Notes: a model not told the origin generated them from the sequence alone. 64,000 nt of DNA from Azolla caroliniana (GCA_043228905.1 JBHGNT010000020.1:2852001-2916000), one strand, 5' to 3'; shown: positions 23,888 to 35,649, counted from the stretch's first letter. Program-made: numbers and translations.

Positions 23888-25557
23888 AGGCGGGTGGCAA
23901 GGAGATGGAGAATCAACAAGAGGCGATGAACATGATGATGATGATGTTCGAGAGAATGCTACAAGAACAACGCGAGATGTCGGAGATCACGACAGTAGTA
24001 CAACGGCTCGTGCAACAGAACGGGCAATTCGATGGAAAGGACGTGTCACGCTATCTACGTGACTACAAAATGGAGATGTTGCGATATGGTATCTCAGAAA
24101 GATTGCAAGTGTTATCTTTCAACCGGGTGGCTACGGATGAGCTTCAAGAGAGAATCCACGAGATACGACAACAAAGCCCGATGTGGGAGTCCTTTGAAGA
24201 AGCTATACGAGACACATATGACTATCTAAGACCGAAGCGGACGAGGACATGGTCCACGAACGGCGGTCAACAGTGGGTGAAAAGCGGCCACCGACTACCA
24301 CCGAAGGAGAGCTTGATGCGGAAGGGTTCGGAGATGCATGAAAAGTCGCAAGTCGACATTGAAGGGGAGCTTAAAACCGAACCAAAGTCGAGGCCAACAA
24401 AGGACGAGGAGGAGGAAGATCGAGGACGAAAGGGTATCCCCACACCGGTTCCAGAGACTTCGGCGGCTGTGCCCGTGCACCAACGTGAGACTGGAGAGAC
24501 GGAATGTGTCGGTGGAAAAGTGGAGGACCGGAAGGGCAACGAGGAAGACAAAGTAAATGAGCACGAACGAAGGGATTCCTTCACCATTGTTTCGGAGACT
24601 TCGGTACTGGAGCCCGGGTGTCGACATAACACCGAAGATAAGGAAAGTGGCGGCAACGAAACGAAGGTCGAAGCCGATGCATACGAAGGAGAGATAGCCA
24701 AGGAGAACATGGCTATGGGTGAAACAACGGAAGATGATAATACCGAGGATTCCTACCCACTAATTCTAGAGACTTCGGCGGTTGTGTCCGAGAACCAACG
24801 TGAGACCGGAGAGACGGGAGGTGGCAACAAGGAAGGTAAAGTCGGAAGCCGGTTCGGATGGAAGATGATCCGTATGAAATTCCGATGTAAACAAAAGCAT
24901 GACAACGCGAAGGTCGAGTCTACGATGGGAGAAGCATGTAATACGGAGCACGCACTACGGCACCAAAAGAAGCACGTGCTACGGCGTAAAGAGAAGCACA
25001 CGCTACGGCGCAAAAAGAAGCACATGCTACGGTGCAAAAATAAGCATGCACTACGGGGTAATACGGCGCATGCACTACGATGGAATACGAAGCATGCGCT
25101 ACGGCCTAATACGACGCATGCGCAACATCGAGAAATAAAGCATGCATTAAAGCCGCACAAGGACCTAACAGCGAGCGCGTATTCGGAGGTCGACATCGAC
25201 GCGTGGGTAGAACCTACGGAAGACAAGCGCGGAGTGGAGAGAGACAACACACCGAGATGCTCAAGAGTACCACAAGGGACCATGACAACCACTCATGGCA
25301 ATGCAAAGAATGAACAAAGAATATGGTGGATCGGATGGCGACAATGGTTCGGGTGGAAAGAATGGGTCTACTCAAAATGGAGAGACAAAGTTGACATAGC
25401 GGGACAAACGGAGGATGAAGGGGAGACAACGAGCATCGGCAACTTCGGCACATACCGGAGGATGTGCGGGTTCGGAGGGGGCGAGTGTCGTAGTGTATTT
25501 CGTACACTACGTGAAAAAGTAAAAAATAATATAACCGATTTAATTACATATAAATAA
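23884..25557 (+). CDS. Gag-like protein with a repetitive C-terminal region (likely ATG about 23905)
   Basis: Open 557-aa ORF; gag-like start FDGKDVSRYLRDY...WESFEEAI; runs into the 3' LTR. Confidence 0.7.
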   Translation: MKAGGKEMENQQEAMNMMMMMFERMLQEQREMSEITTVVQRLVQQNGQFDGKDVSRYLRDYKMEMLRYGISERLQVLSFNRVATDELQERIHEIRQQSPMWESFEEAIRDTYDYLRPKRTRTWSTNGGQQWVKSGHRLPPKESLMRKGSEMHEKSQVDIEGELKTEPKSRPTKDEEEEDRGRKGIPTPVPETSAAVPVHQRETGETECVGGKVEDRKGNEEDKVNEHERRDSFTIVSETSVLEPGCRHNTEDKESGGNETKVEADAYEGEIAKENMAMGETTEDDNTEDSYPLILETSAVVSENQRETGETGGGNKEGKVGSRFGWKMIRMKFRCKQKHDNAKVESTMGEACNTEHALRHQKKHVLRRKEKHTLRRKKKHMLRCKNKHALRGNTAHALRWNTKHALRPNTTHAQHREIKHALKPHKDLTASAYSEVDIDAWVEPTEDKRGVERDNTPRCSRVPQGTMTTTHGNAKNEQRIWWIGWRQWFGWKEWVYSKWRDKVDIAGQTEDEGETTSIGNFGTYRRMCGFGGGECRSVFRTLREKVKNNITDLITYK

Positions 25558-25589
25558 ATAAAATAATATATCAAGATATTTATCACGTG

Positions 25590-25659
25590 CATAGGGCAGG
25601 ATTTGAACCCTGTACCTCCACATAGCCAAACCTCAACTTTACCATTATGCTACCTTATC
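25590..25659 (-). ncRNA. tRNA-like Pol III cassette in the 3' LTR
   Basis: A box TAGCATAATGG; consensus B box GGTTCAAATCC. Confidence 0.6.
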
Positions 25660-26385
25660 TTTAGTGTTCTATAAATAGATTTAATAACTATAACTGCTTT
25701 ATTTGCGCCTACCTTTATTAAAAAGGTAAATCGTGCATTTTTAGAGTGCGTGAATATTTTATAGAAAAACGCAAGCAACTAAAAAGTGACTCATGCACAT
25801 CTAGCGTGCATGAGCACTATATTTAGCAAATAAAAGCAAGGATTAGAAAAGCATCACATGCACATTTAGTGTGCATGAACATATTAGAAAAAAAAAGCAT
25901 GTAGCTATGCTTAGTCTCTCCCATCACTACATAAGGATGGGGAGCACAATGTAATAGGTGTGTGAAAAATATTTGGGAAATTGGATATATTTCCTAAAAC
26001 ACCAACAATCAATAAAATATACTCGTGGGATTCACGAAGTTTAAGATAATCTATCTCTTTCAATCTAAATTCATATTCTTACATAAATATTGATTAATGT
26101 AATACTTGTGGGATTCACAAGGTTTGATCTCTTTTCTCAATCTACTCTAATCTATTCTAAATTATTTCAATTTATTACTACGATTTAGATAAACTAAAAC
26201 AATTATACTTGTGGGATTCACAACTTTCTATATCTCTTTCTTATAATCTATTCATATTCATAACTAGTTTAGCCTCAAATTCTTCCTCCTCCTAGTCCAA
26301 AACCCCGGTGGTTCCCACCCGACTCACGCAAACGATCCGGAGCCGAAAGGCACGACAACGAATGCCTTGGAAATATGGCCAAATT

Positions 26386-26457
26386 GCGCTTGTCGTCCAA
26401 CGGTTAGGATAATTGCCTTCCAAGCAATAGACCCGAGTTCAACTCTCGGCAAGCGCA
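26386..26457 (+). tRNA. tRNA-Gly-TCC: tRNA-Gly(TCC) variant
   Basis: A9>C. Confidence 0.8.
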
Positions 26458-27114
26458 TACTATGTTATTTGAATCACTTCATCCAACGGAAAAGAAAAAC
26501 TGATTCAATTCCAATCCAGTCCAGATTGATACGTACGTTTCAAACTTTCATAACTAGAACGTAACAAGACAGCACCATAGTGATTTAATCTAAAGCTTTG
26601 CCAAAACAACTATTTTCCTCAACTAGTTTCATTTCTTCCTTAGAATAAACTAAGGCCCAACTTTTTCTCACTCATGTGACAAATTGTAAAGATTAAGGGC
26701 TCACACTGATATGAGATATTTGTGCGGTTGTAGTCTTATCGTTAATGTATTTTCTTTGCAAGCAATAGATAGAGCTTCAACATGTCGTAACTCCACGTTG
26801 TGTGCTTTAGAGTAGAATTCCAATGGTACAAGCAAAATTTATTTCAGTCAATTCGAGAACAGCTTTTGACAAGACACGCTTTTGAACAATATTGTAGAAA
26901 ATTGAATTAATATGAAGCTTTCCTTAAATGGACCGTTTTCATGGACTAGTTTCATTTGGAACTTACAAGAAACGTAAGAGCACTATTGGTTTATTCAGGT
27001 AACAAACCGTAAAGTTTCAATACTGAGGCTAATATACAATAACTCAGCGACAAATTTTTCTCGCACATTTTTCTTTCTGATTCTTTACGAATGCCTTGGA
27101 AATATAGCCAAATT

Positions 27115-27186
27115 GCGCTTGTAGTCCAACGGTAACGATAATTGCCTTCCAAGCAATAGACCCGAGTTCAACTCTCGGCAAGCGCA
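27115..27186 (+). tRNA. tRNA-Gly-TCC: tRNA-Gly(TCC), D-arm variant
   Basis: D arm reads GGTAACGAT. Confidence 0.72.
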
Positions 27187-27842
27187 TACTATGTTATTTG
27201 AATCACTTCATCCAACGGAAAAGAAAAAATGATTCAATTCCAATCCAGTCCAGAATGATACATACCTTTCAAATTTTCATAACTACAACGTAACAAGACA
27301 GCACCATAGTGATTTAATCTAAAGCTTTGCCAAAACAAATATTTTCCTCAACTAGTTTCATTTCTTTCTTAGAATAAACTAAGGCCCAACTTTTTCTCAC
27401 TCATGTGACAAATTGTAAAGATTAAGGGCTCACACTGATATGAGATATTAGTGCGGTTGTAGTCTTATAGTTAATGTATTTGCTTTGCAAGCAATAGATA
27501 GAGCTTCAACATGTCGTAACTCCACGTTTTGTGCTTTAGAGTAGAATTCCAATGGTACAAGCAAAATTTATTTCAGTCAATTCGAGAACAGCTTTTGACA
27601 AGACACGTTTCTTAACAATATTGCAGAAAATTGAATTAATATGAAGCTTTGTCAAATGGACCGTTTTCATGGACTTGTTTCATTAGGATCTTACAAGAAA
27701 TGTAAGAGCACTACTGGTTTATTCAGGTAACAGATCGTAAAGATTCAATACTGAGGCTAATATACAATAACTCAGCGACAAAGTTTTCTCACACATTTTT
27801 CTTTCTGATTCTTTACGAATGCCTTGGAAATATGGCCAAATT

Positions 27843-27914
27843 GCGCTTGTAGTCCAACGGTTAGGATAATTGCCTTCCAAGCAATAGACCCGAGTTCAAC
27901 TCTCGGCAAGCGCA
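27843..27914 (+). tRNA. tRNA-Gly-TCC: tRNA-Gly(TCC), consensus
   Basis: Intact cloverleaf. Confidence 0.95.
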
Positions 27915-28570
27915 TACTATGTTATTTGAATAACTACATCCAACGGAAAAGAAAAAATGATTCAATTCCATTCCAGTCCAGAATGATACGTACCTTTCAA
28001 ATTTTCATAACTAGAACGTAACAAGACAGCACCATAGTGATTTAATCTAAAGCTTTACCAAAACAACTATTTTCCTCAATTAGTTTCATTTCTTTCTTAG
28101 AATAAACTAAGGCCCAACTTTTTCTGACTCATGTGACAATTTGTAAAGATTAAGGGCTCACACTGATATGAGATATTTGTGCGGTTGTAGTCTTATAGTT
28201 AATGTATTTGCTTTGCAAGCAATAGATAGAGCTTCAACATGTCGTAACTCCACGTTGTGTGCTTTAGAGTAGAATTCCAATGGTACAAGCAAAATTTATT
28301 TCAGTCAATTCGAGAACAGCTTTTGACAAGACACGTTTCTTAACAATATTGCAGAAAATTGAATTGATATGAAGCTTTGTCAAATGGACCGTTTTCATGG
28401 ACTTGTTTCATTAGGATCTTACAAGAAACGTAAGAGCACTACTGGTTTATTCAGGTAACAGATCGTAAAGATTCAATACTGAGGCTAATATACAATAACT
28501 CAGCGACAAAGTTTTCTCACACATTTTTCTTTCTGATTCTTTACGAATGCCTTGGAAATATGGCCAAATT

Positions 28571-28642
28571 GCGCTTGTAGTCCAACGGTTAGGATAATTG
28601 CCTTCCAAGCAATAGACCCGAGTTCAACTCTCGGCAAGCGCA
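28571..28642 (+). tRNA. tRNA-Gly-TCC: tRNA-Gly(TCC), consensus
   Basis: Intact cloverleaf. Confidence 0.95.
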
Positions 28643-29299
28643 TACTATGTTATTTGAATCACTACATCCAACGGAAAAGAAAAAATGATTCAATTCCATT
28701 CCAGTCCAGAATGATACGTACCTTTCAAATTTTCATAACTAGAACGTAACAAGACAGCACCATAGTGATTTAATCTAAAGCTTTACCAAAACAACTATTT
28801 TCCTCAATTAGTTTCATTTCTTTCTTAGAATAAACTAAGGCCCAACTTTTTCTGACTCATGTGACAATTTGTAAAGATTAAGGGCTCACACTGATATGAG
28901 ATATTTGTGCGGTTGTAGTCTTATAGTTAATGTATTTGCTTTGCAAGCAATAGATAGAGCTTCAACATGTCGTAACTCCACGTTGTGTGCTTTAGAGTAG
29001 AATTCCAATGGTACAAGCAAAATTTATTTCACTCAATTCGAGAACGGCTTTTGACAAGACACACTTTTTAACAATATTGCAGAAAATTGAATTAATATGA
29101 AACTTTGCTCAAATGGACCGTTTTCATGGACTAGTTTCATTTGGATCTTACAAGAAACGTAAGAGCACTATTGGTTTATTCAGGTAACAAATCGTAAAGA
29201 TTCAATAATCAGGCTAATATACAATAACTCAGCGAAAAAATTTTCTCGCACATTTTTCTTTCTGATTCTTTACGAATGCCTTGTAAATATGGCCAAATT

Positions 29300-29371
29300 G
29301 CGCTTGTAGTCCAACGGTTAGGATAATTGGCTTCCAAGCAATAGACCCGAGTTCAACTCTCGGCAAGCACA
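29300..29371 (+). tRNA. tRNA-Gly-TCC: tRNA-Gly(TCC) variant, possibly pseudo
   Basis: Anticodon-stem and acceptor mismatches. Confidence 0.65.
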
Positions 29372-30027
29372 TACTATGTTATTTGATGCACTTCATCCAA
29401 CGGAAAAGAAAAAATGATTCAATTCCATTCCAGTCCAGAATGATACGTACCTTTCAAATTTTCATAACTACAACGTAACAAGACAACACCATAGTGATTT
29501 AATCTAAAGCTTTGCCAAAACAACTATTTTCCTGACCTAGTTTCATTACTATCTTAGAATAAACTAAGGCCCAACTATTTCTCACTTATGTGACAAATTG
29601 TAAAGATTAAGGGCTCACACTGATATGAGATATTTGTGCGGTTGTAGTCTTATCGTTAATATATTTGCTTTGCAAGCAATAGATAGAGCTTCAACATGTC
29701 GTTAATGCACATTGTGTGCTTTAGAGTAGAATTCCAATAGTACAAGCAAAATTTATTTCAGTCATTTCGAGAACGGCTTTTGACAAGAAACGCTTTTTAA
29801 CAATATTGCAGAAAATGAATTAATATGAAGCTTTCCTCAAATGGACCGTTTTCATGGACTAGTTTCATTTGGATCTTACAAGAAACGTAAGAGCACTATT
29901 GGTTTATTCAGGTAACAAATCGTAAAGATTCAATACTGAGGCTAATATACAATAACTCAGCGACAAATTTTTCTCGCACATTTTTCTTTCTGATTCTTTA
30001 CGAATGCCTTGGAAATATGGCCAAATT

Positions 30028-30099
30028 GCGCTTGTCGTCGAACGGTTAGGATAATTGCCTTCCAAGCAATAGACCCGAGTTCAACTCTCGGCAAGCGCA
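30028..30099 (+). tRNA. tRNA-Gly-TCC: tRNA-Gly(TCC), A-box variant
   Basis: 2 substitutions. Confidence 0.7.
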
Positions 30100-30756
30100 T
30101 ACTATGTTATTTGAATCACTTCATCCAACGGAAAAGAAAAAATGATTCAATTCCATTCCAGTCCAGAATGATACGTACCTTTCAAATTTTCATAACTACA
30201 ACGTAACAAGACAACACCATAGTGATTTAATCTAAAGCTTTGCCAAAACAACTATTTTCCTGACCTAGTTTCATTTCTATCTTAGAATAAACTAAGGCCC
30301 AACTTTTTCTCACTTATGTGACAAATTGTAAAGATTAAGGCCTCATACTGATATGAGATATTTTTGCGGTTGTAGTCCTATGGTTAACGTATTTGCTTTG
30401 CAAGCAATAGATAGAGCTTCAACATGTCGTAAGTGCACATTGCTTGCTTTAGAGCAGTATTCCAATGGGACAAGCAAAATTTATTTCAGTCAATTCGAGA
30501 ACGGCTTTTCACAGGACACGCTTTTTAAGAATATTGCAGAAAATTGAATTAATATGAAGCTTTGCTGAAATGGACCGTTTTCAAGGACTAGTTCCATTTG
30601 GATCTTACAAGAAACGTAAGAGCACTATTGGTATATTCAGGTAACAAATCGTAAAGATTCAATACTGAGGCTAATATACAATAACTCGGCGACAAATTTT
30701 TCTCGCACATTTTTCATTCTAATGGTTTACGAATCCCTTGGAAATATGGCCAAATT

Positions 30757-30828
30757 GCGATTGTAGTCCAACGGTTAGGATAATTGCCTTCCAAGCAATA
30801 GACCCGAGTTCAACTCTCGGCAAGCGCA
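30757..30828 (+). tRNA. tRNA-Gly-TCC: tRNA-Gly(TCC), acceptor mismatch
   Basis: 5' end reads GCGATTG. Confidence 0.78.
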
Positions 30829-31485
30829 TACTATGTTATTTGAATCCGTGCATCCAACGGAAAAGAAAAAATGATTCAATTCCATTCCAGTCCAGAATGA
30901 TACGTACCTTTCAAATTTTCATAACTAGAACGTAACAAGACAGCACCATACTGATTTAATCTAAAGCTTTGCCAAAACAACTATTTTCCTCAACTAGTTT
31001 CATTTTTATCTTAGAATAAACTAAGGCCCAACTTTTTCTCACTCATGTGTCAAATTGTAAAGATTAAGGGCTCACACTGATATGAGATATTTTTGCGGTT
31101 GTAGTCTTATAGTTAATGAATTTGCTTTGCAAGCAATAGATAGAGCTTCAACATGTCGTAACTCCACGTTGTATGCTTTAGAGTAGAATTCCAATGGTAC
31201 AAGCAAAATTTATTTCAGTCAATTCGAGAACGGCTTTTGACAAGACACGCTTTTTAACAATATTGCAGAAAATTGAATTAATATGAAGCTTTGCTTAAAT
31301 GGACCGTCTTCGAGGACTAGTTTCATTTGGATCTTACAAGAAATGTAAGAGCACTATTGGTTTATTCAGGTAGTAAATCGTAAAGATTCAATACTGAGGC
31401 TAATATACAATAACTCAGCGACAAATTTTTCTCGCACATTTTTCTTTCTGATTCTTTACGAATGCCTTGGAAATATGGCCAAATT

Positions 31486-31557
31486 GCGCTTGTAGTCCAA
31501 CGGTTAGGATAATTGCCTTCCAAGCAATAGACCCGAGTTCATCTCTCGGCAAGCGCA
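31486..31557 (+). tRNA. tRNA-Gly-TCC: tRNA-Gly(TCC), B-box variant
   Basis: T loop reads TTCATCT. Confidence 0.68.
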
Positions 31558-32214
31558 TACTATGTTATTTGAATCCGTGCATCCAACGGAAAAGAAAAAA
31601 TGATTCAATTCCATTCCAGTCCAGAATGATACGTACCTTTCAAAATTTCATAACTAGATCGTAACAAGACAGCACCATACTGATTTAATCTAAAGCTTTG
31701 CCAAAACAACTATTTTCCTGAACTAGTTTCATTTTTATCTTAGAATAAACTAAGGCCCAACTTTTTCTCACTCATGTGTCAAATTGTAAAGATTAAGGGC
31801 TCACACTGATATGAGATATTTTTGCGGTTGTAGTCTTATAGTTAATGTATTTGCTTTGCAAGCAATAGATAGAGCTTCAACATGTCGTAACTCCACGTTG
31901 TATGCTTTAGAGTAGAATTCCAATGGTACAAGCAAAATTTATTTCAGTCAATTCGAGAACGGCTTTTGACAAGACACGCTTTTTAACAATATTGCAGAAA
32001 ATTGAATTAATATGAAGCTTTGCTCAAATGGACCGTTTTCATGGACTAGTTCCATTTGTATCTTACAAGAAACGTAAGAGCACTATTGGTTTATTCAGGT
32101 AACAAATCGTAAAGATTCAATACTGAGGCTAATATACAATAACTCGGCGACAAATTTTTCTCGCACATTTCTCTTTCTAATTGTTTACGAATCCCTTGGA
32201 AATATGTCCAAATT

Positions 32215-32286
32215 GCGCTTGTAGTCCAACTGTTAGGATAATTGCCTTCCAAGCAATAGACCCGAGTTCAACTCTCGGCAAGTGCA
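32215..32286 (+). tRNA. tRNA-Gly-TCC: tRNA-Gly(TCC) variant
   Basis: 2 substitutions. Confidence 0.7.
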
Positions 32287-32962
32287 TACTATGTTATTTG
32301 AATCACTACATCCAACGGAAAAGAAAAAATGATTCAATTCCATTCCAGTCCAGAATGATACGTACCTTTCAAATTTTCATAACTAGAACGTAACAAGACA
32401 GCACCATAGTGATATAATCTAAAGCTTTGCCAAAACAACTATTTTCCTCAACTAGTTTCATTTCTATCTTAGAATAAACTAAGGCCCAACTTTTTCTCAC
32501 TCATGTGACAAATGTTAAAGATTAAGACAAATGTTAAAGATTAAGGGCTCACACTGATATGAGATATTTGTGCGGTTGTAGTCCTATGGTTAATGTATTT
32601 GCTTTGCAAGCAATAGATAGAGCTTCAACATGTCGTAAGTGCACATTGCTTGCTTTAGAGTAGTATTCCAATGGGACAAGCAAAATTTATTTCAGTCAAT
32701 TCGAGAACGGCTTTTGACAAGACAAGTTTTTTAACAATATTATAGAAAATTGAATTAATATGAAGCTTTGCTCAAATGGACCGTTTTCATGGACTAGTTT
32801 CATTTGGATCTTACAAGAAACATAAGAGCACTATTGGTTTATTCAGGTAACAAATCGTAAAGATTCAATACTGAGGCTAATATACAATAACTCAGCCACA
32901 AATTTTTCTGGCACATTTTTCTTTCTGATTCTTTACGAATGCCTTGGAAATATGGCCAAATT

Positions 32963-33034
32963 GCGCTTGTAGTCCAACGGTAACGATAATTGCCTTCCAA
33001 GCAATAGACCCGAGTTCAACTCTCGGCAAGCGCA
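32963..33034 (+). tRNA. tRNA-Gly-TCC: tRNA-Gly(TCC), D-arm variant with a deletion in the 3' trailer
   Basis: GGTAACGAT; about 47 bp missing downstream. Confidence 0.7.
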
Positions 33035-33793
33035 TAATTCCATTCCAGTCCAGAATGATACGTACCTTTCAAATTTTCATAACTAGAACGTAACAAGACA
33101 GCACCATAGTGATTTAATCTAAAGCTTTGCCAAAACAACTATTTTCCTCAACTAGTTTCATTTCTATCTTAGAATAAACTAAGGCCCAACTTTTTCTCAC
33201 TCATGTGACAAATGTTAAATATTAAGGGCTCACACTGATATGAGATATTTGTGCGGTTGTAGTCCTATGGTTAATGTATTTGCTTTGCAAGCAATAGATA
33301 GAGCTTCAACATGTCGTAAGTGCACATTGCTTGCTTTAGAGTAGTATTCCAATGGGACAAGCAAAATTTATTTCAGTCAATTCGAGAACGGCTTTTGACA
33401 AGACAAGTTTTTTAACAATATTGCAGAAAATTGAATTAATATGAAACTTTGCTCAAATGGACCGTTTTCATGGACTAGTTTCATTTGGATCTTACAAGAA
33501 ACGTAAGAGCACTATGGGTTTATTCAGCACTATATATTTGACTCGATTCTAGAACGGCGTGTTAATTGACAAGTTTTATAGCTATATTGTAGGAAATTCT
33601 CCAAAATTGATTTAATATGAAACTCTACTCAAATAGGCCGTTTTCATGGACTAGTTTCATTTGTATCTTAGAAGAAACTTAGGAGCATTATTGGTTTATT
33701 TAGATAACAAATAGTAAATATTCAATACTAAGGTTAATATGCAATAAGTGAGGAAGGAATTGTTTACGAGTCCCTTGGATATGTTCTTAAATT

Positions 33794-33865
33794 GTGCTTG
33801 AAGTCCAACGGTTAGGATAATTTCCTTCCAAGCAATAGACCGGAGTTCAACTCTCGGCACGCGCA
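33794..33865 (+). pseudogene. tRNA-Gly(TCC) pseudogene
   Basis: About 5 substitutions. Confidence 0.75.
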
Positions 33866-35175
33866 CAGTATGTTATTTCAATCACTCCATCCAACAGAAA
33901 AGTAAATATGATTTAATTCCATTCTAGAATTATACATACCTTTCAAAGATTCATAACTAGAGCGTACAAAGTCGTCAACAAAGTGAATTTATCTAAATCT
34001 TTGCTAAAACAACTCTTTTTGTCCTCTAGTTTCATTTCTATCGTAGAAGAAACTAAGGCTCGACTTTTGCTCACTCATGTGACAAATGGTAAAGATTAAG
34101 GACTCACAACAAAGTCGTCCACAAAGTGAATTCATCTAAATCTTTGCTAAAACAATTATTTTTCTCAACTAGTTTCATTTCTATCTTATAAGAAACTAAG
34201 GCTCATCTTTTGCTCACTCATGTGACAAATGGTAAAGATTAAGGACTCACACTGATATGAGATATTTGTGCAGTTATAGTCCTATAGCGAATATATTTGG
34301 TTTGAAAGAGATAGATAGAACTTCAACATTTCGTAACTGCACGTTGTGTGCTTTAGAGTAGTATTCCAATGGTACAAGCAAAATTTATTTCAGTCAATTT
34401 GAGAATGGCTTTTGACAAGACAAGTTTTTTAACAATATTGCAGAAAATTCTCAAAAAACAGAATTAATATGAAGCTTTGCTCAAATAGACCATTTTTGTG
34501 GACTAGTTTCATTTGGATCCTCAAGCAATAGACCTGAGTTGATCTCTCGGCAAGTGCAGGGTATGTGATTTCAATCACTACTTCCAACGGAAAAACAAAC
34601 ATTATTCAATTCCATTCCAAAATTATACAAATCTTGAAAATTTTCATATCTAGAGTGTAAGAAGTAGTCAACAAAATGAATGTATAAAAAGTTTGGCTAA
34701 AACAACTATTTTTTCCTCACTCATGTCACAAATGGTAAATATTAAGGAGTCACGTTTATATGAGATATTTGTGCGCATCTAGTCCTACAGTTAAGATTTA
34801 TGCCTTGAAATCATTAGCTAGAACTTTAATATGTCGTAAGTGCACGTACTCTGATTTGATCACCGTACTCTAATTTGACAAGCAAAAAATATTTATTCGA
34901 TACAAGAACGACATGTTACGTCACAAGTTTTATAACTATATTATAAGAAGTTGTCGACAAATTGAATTAATACGAAGCTTTACTCAAATTGCCCGTTTTC
35001 TTGAACTAGATTCATTTGTATCTTAAAAGAAACTTAGCCGCACTAATGGTTTGCTCAGATAACAAATCATAAAGATTTAGGACTGAGGTTGATATGCAAT
35101 AACACAGCAAGAATTTTTTCTAGTACATTTTTTGTTGCTGATATGATACAAATCGCTTGGAAGTATGCTCAAATT

Positions 35176-35247
35176 ACGCTTGTAGTCCAATGGTTAGGAT
35201 AATTTCCTTCCAAGCAATAGACCCGGCTTGAACTCTTGGCAAGCGCA
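35176..35247 (+). pseudogene. tRNA-Gly(TCC) pseudogene
   Basis: T arm disrupted. Confidence 0.75.
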
Positions 35248-35354
35248 TACTATGTTATTTCAATCACTACTTCCAATGGAAAAGAAAAAAGTATGCACTT
35301 ACATTCCAGAATGATACAGACCTTGAAAAGTTTCATCACTACACTGTATGAATT

Positions 35355-35609
35355 TGTTGGGAAATCGGTCCCTCCGGATGGGATCCAGTGATGAGTAAAG
35401 AGGACCCGGTGAGAACCAGAAGAGATCCGGAAACCGGATCGGTGGACCCCGTGAGAACTGGAAGAGAAGATAGATTTGTAAATGTGTCTTCAATAAGCCC
35501 ATTGAGGCTATATCTATAAATAGCCCTAAGGTCATATAACTATAAATATGACTTAGGGCAATCACTTTAGGGTGTAGATTGGATGCATTGAATTTTGTTG
35601 TAACTGTTG

Positions 35610-35649
<40 letters not shown>

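Larger units (their letters stand above)
23111..26357 (+). mobile_element. Non-autonomous gag-only LTR retroelement (TR-GAG-like)
   Basis: LTRs 23111-23866 and 25486-26357 (TGTCGT...ACGACA), 4-bp TSD ACGA, PBS, PPT GGAGGGGGCGAG, no pol. Confidence 0.93.
26358..33527 (+). repeat. tRNA-Gly satellite, segment 3
   Basis: Mostly 728-729-bp period. Confidence 0.97.

Noticed and set aside
327-32393. Repeated 65-73 aa ORFs (MEIWPNCACSPTVRII...)
   Set aside because: They start at TTG, overlap the tRNA gene, and are broken by stops in several units. They are a by-product of the satellite.
1-33527. CRISPR array or 5S rDNA array
   Set aside because: Spacers are not unique, there are no cas genes, and the conserved RNA is a tRNA cloverleaf, not 5S.
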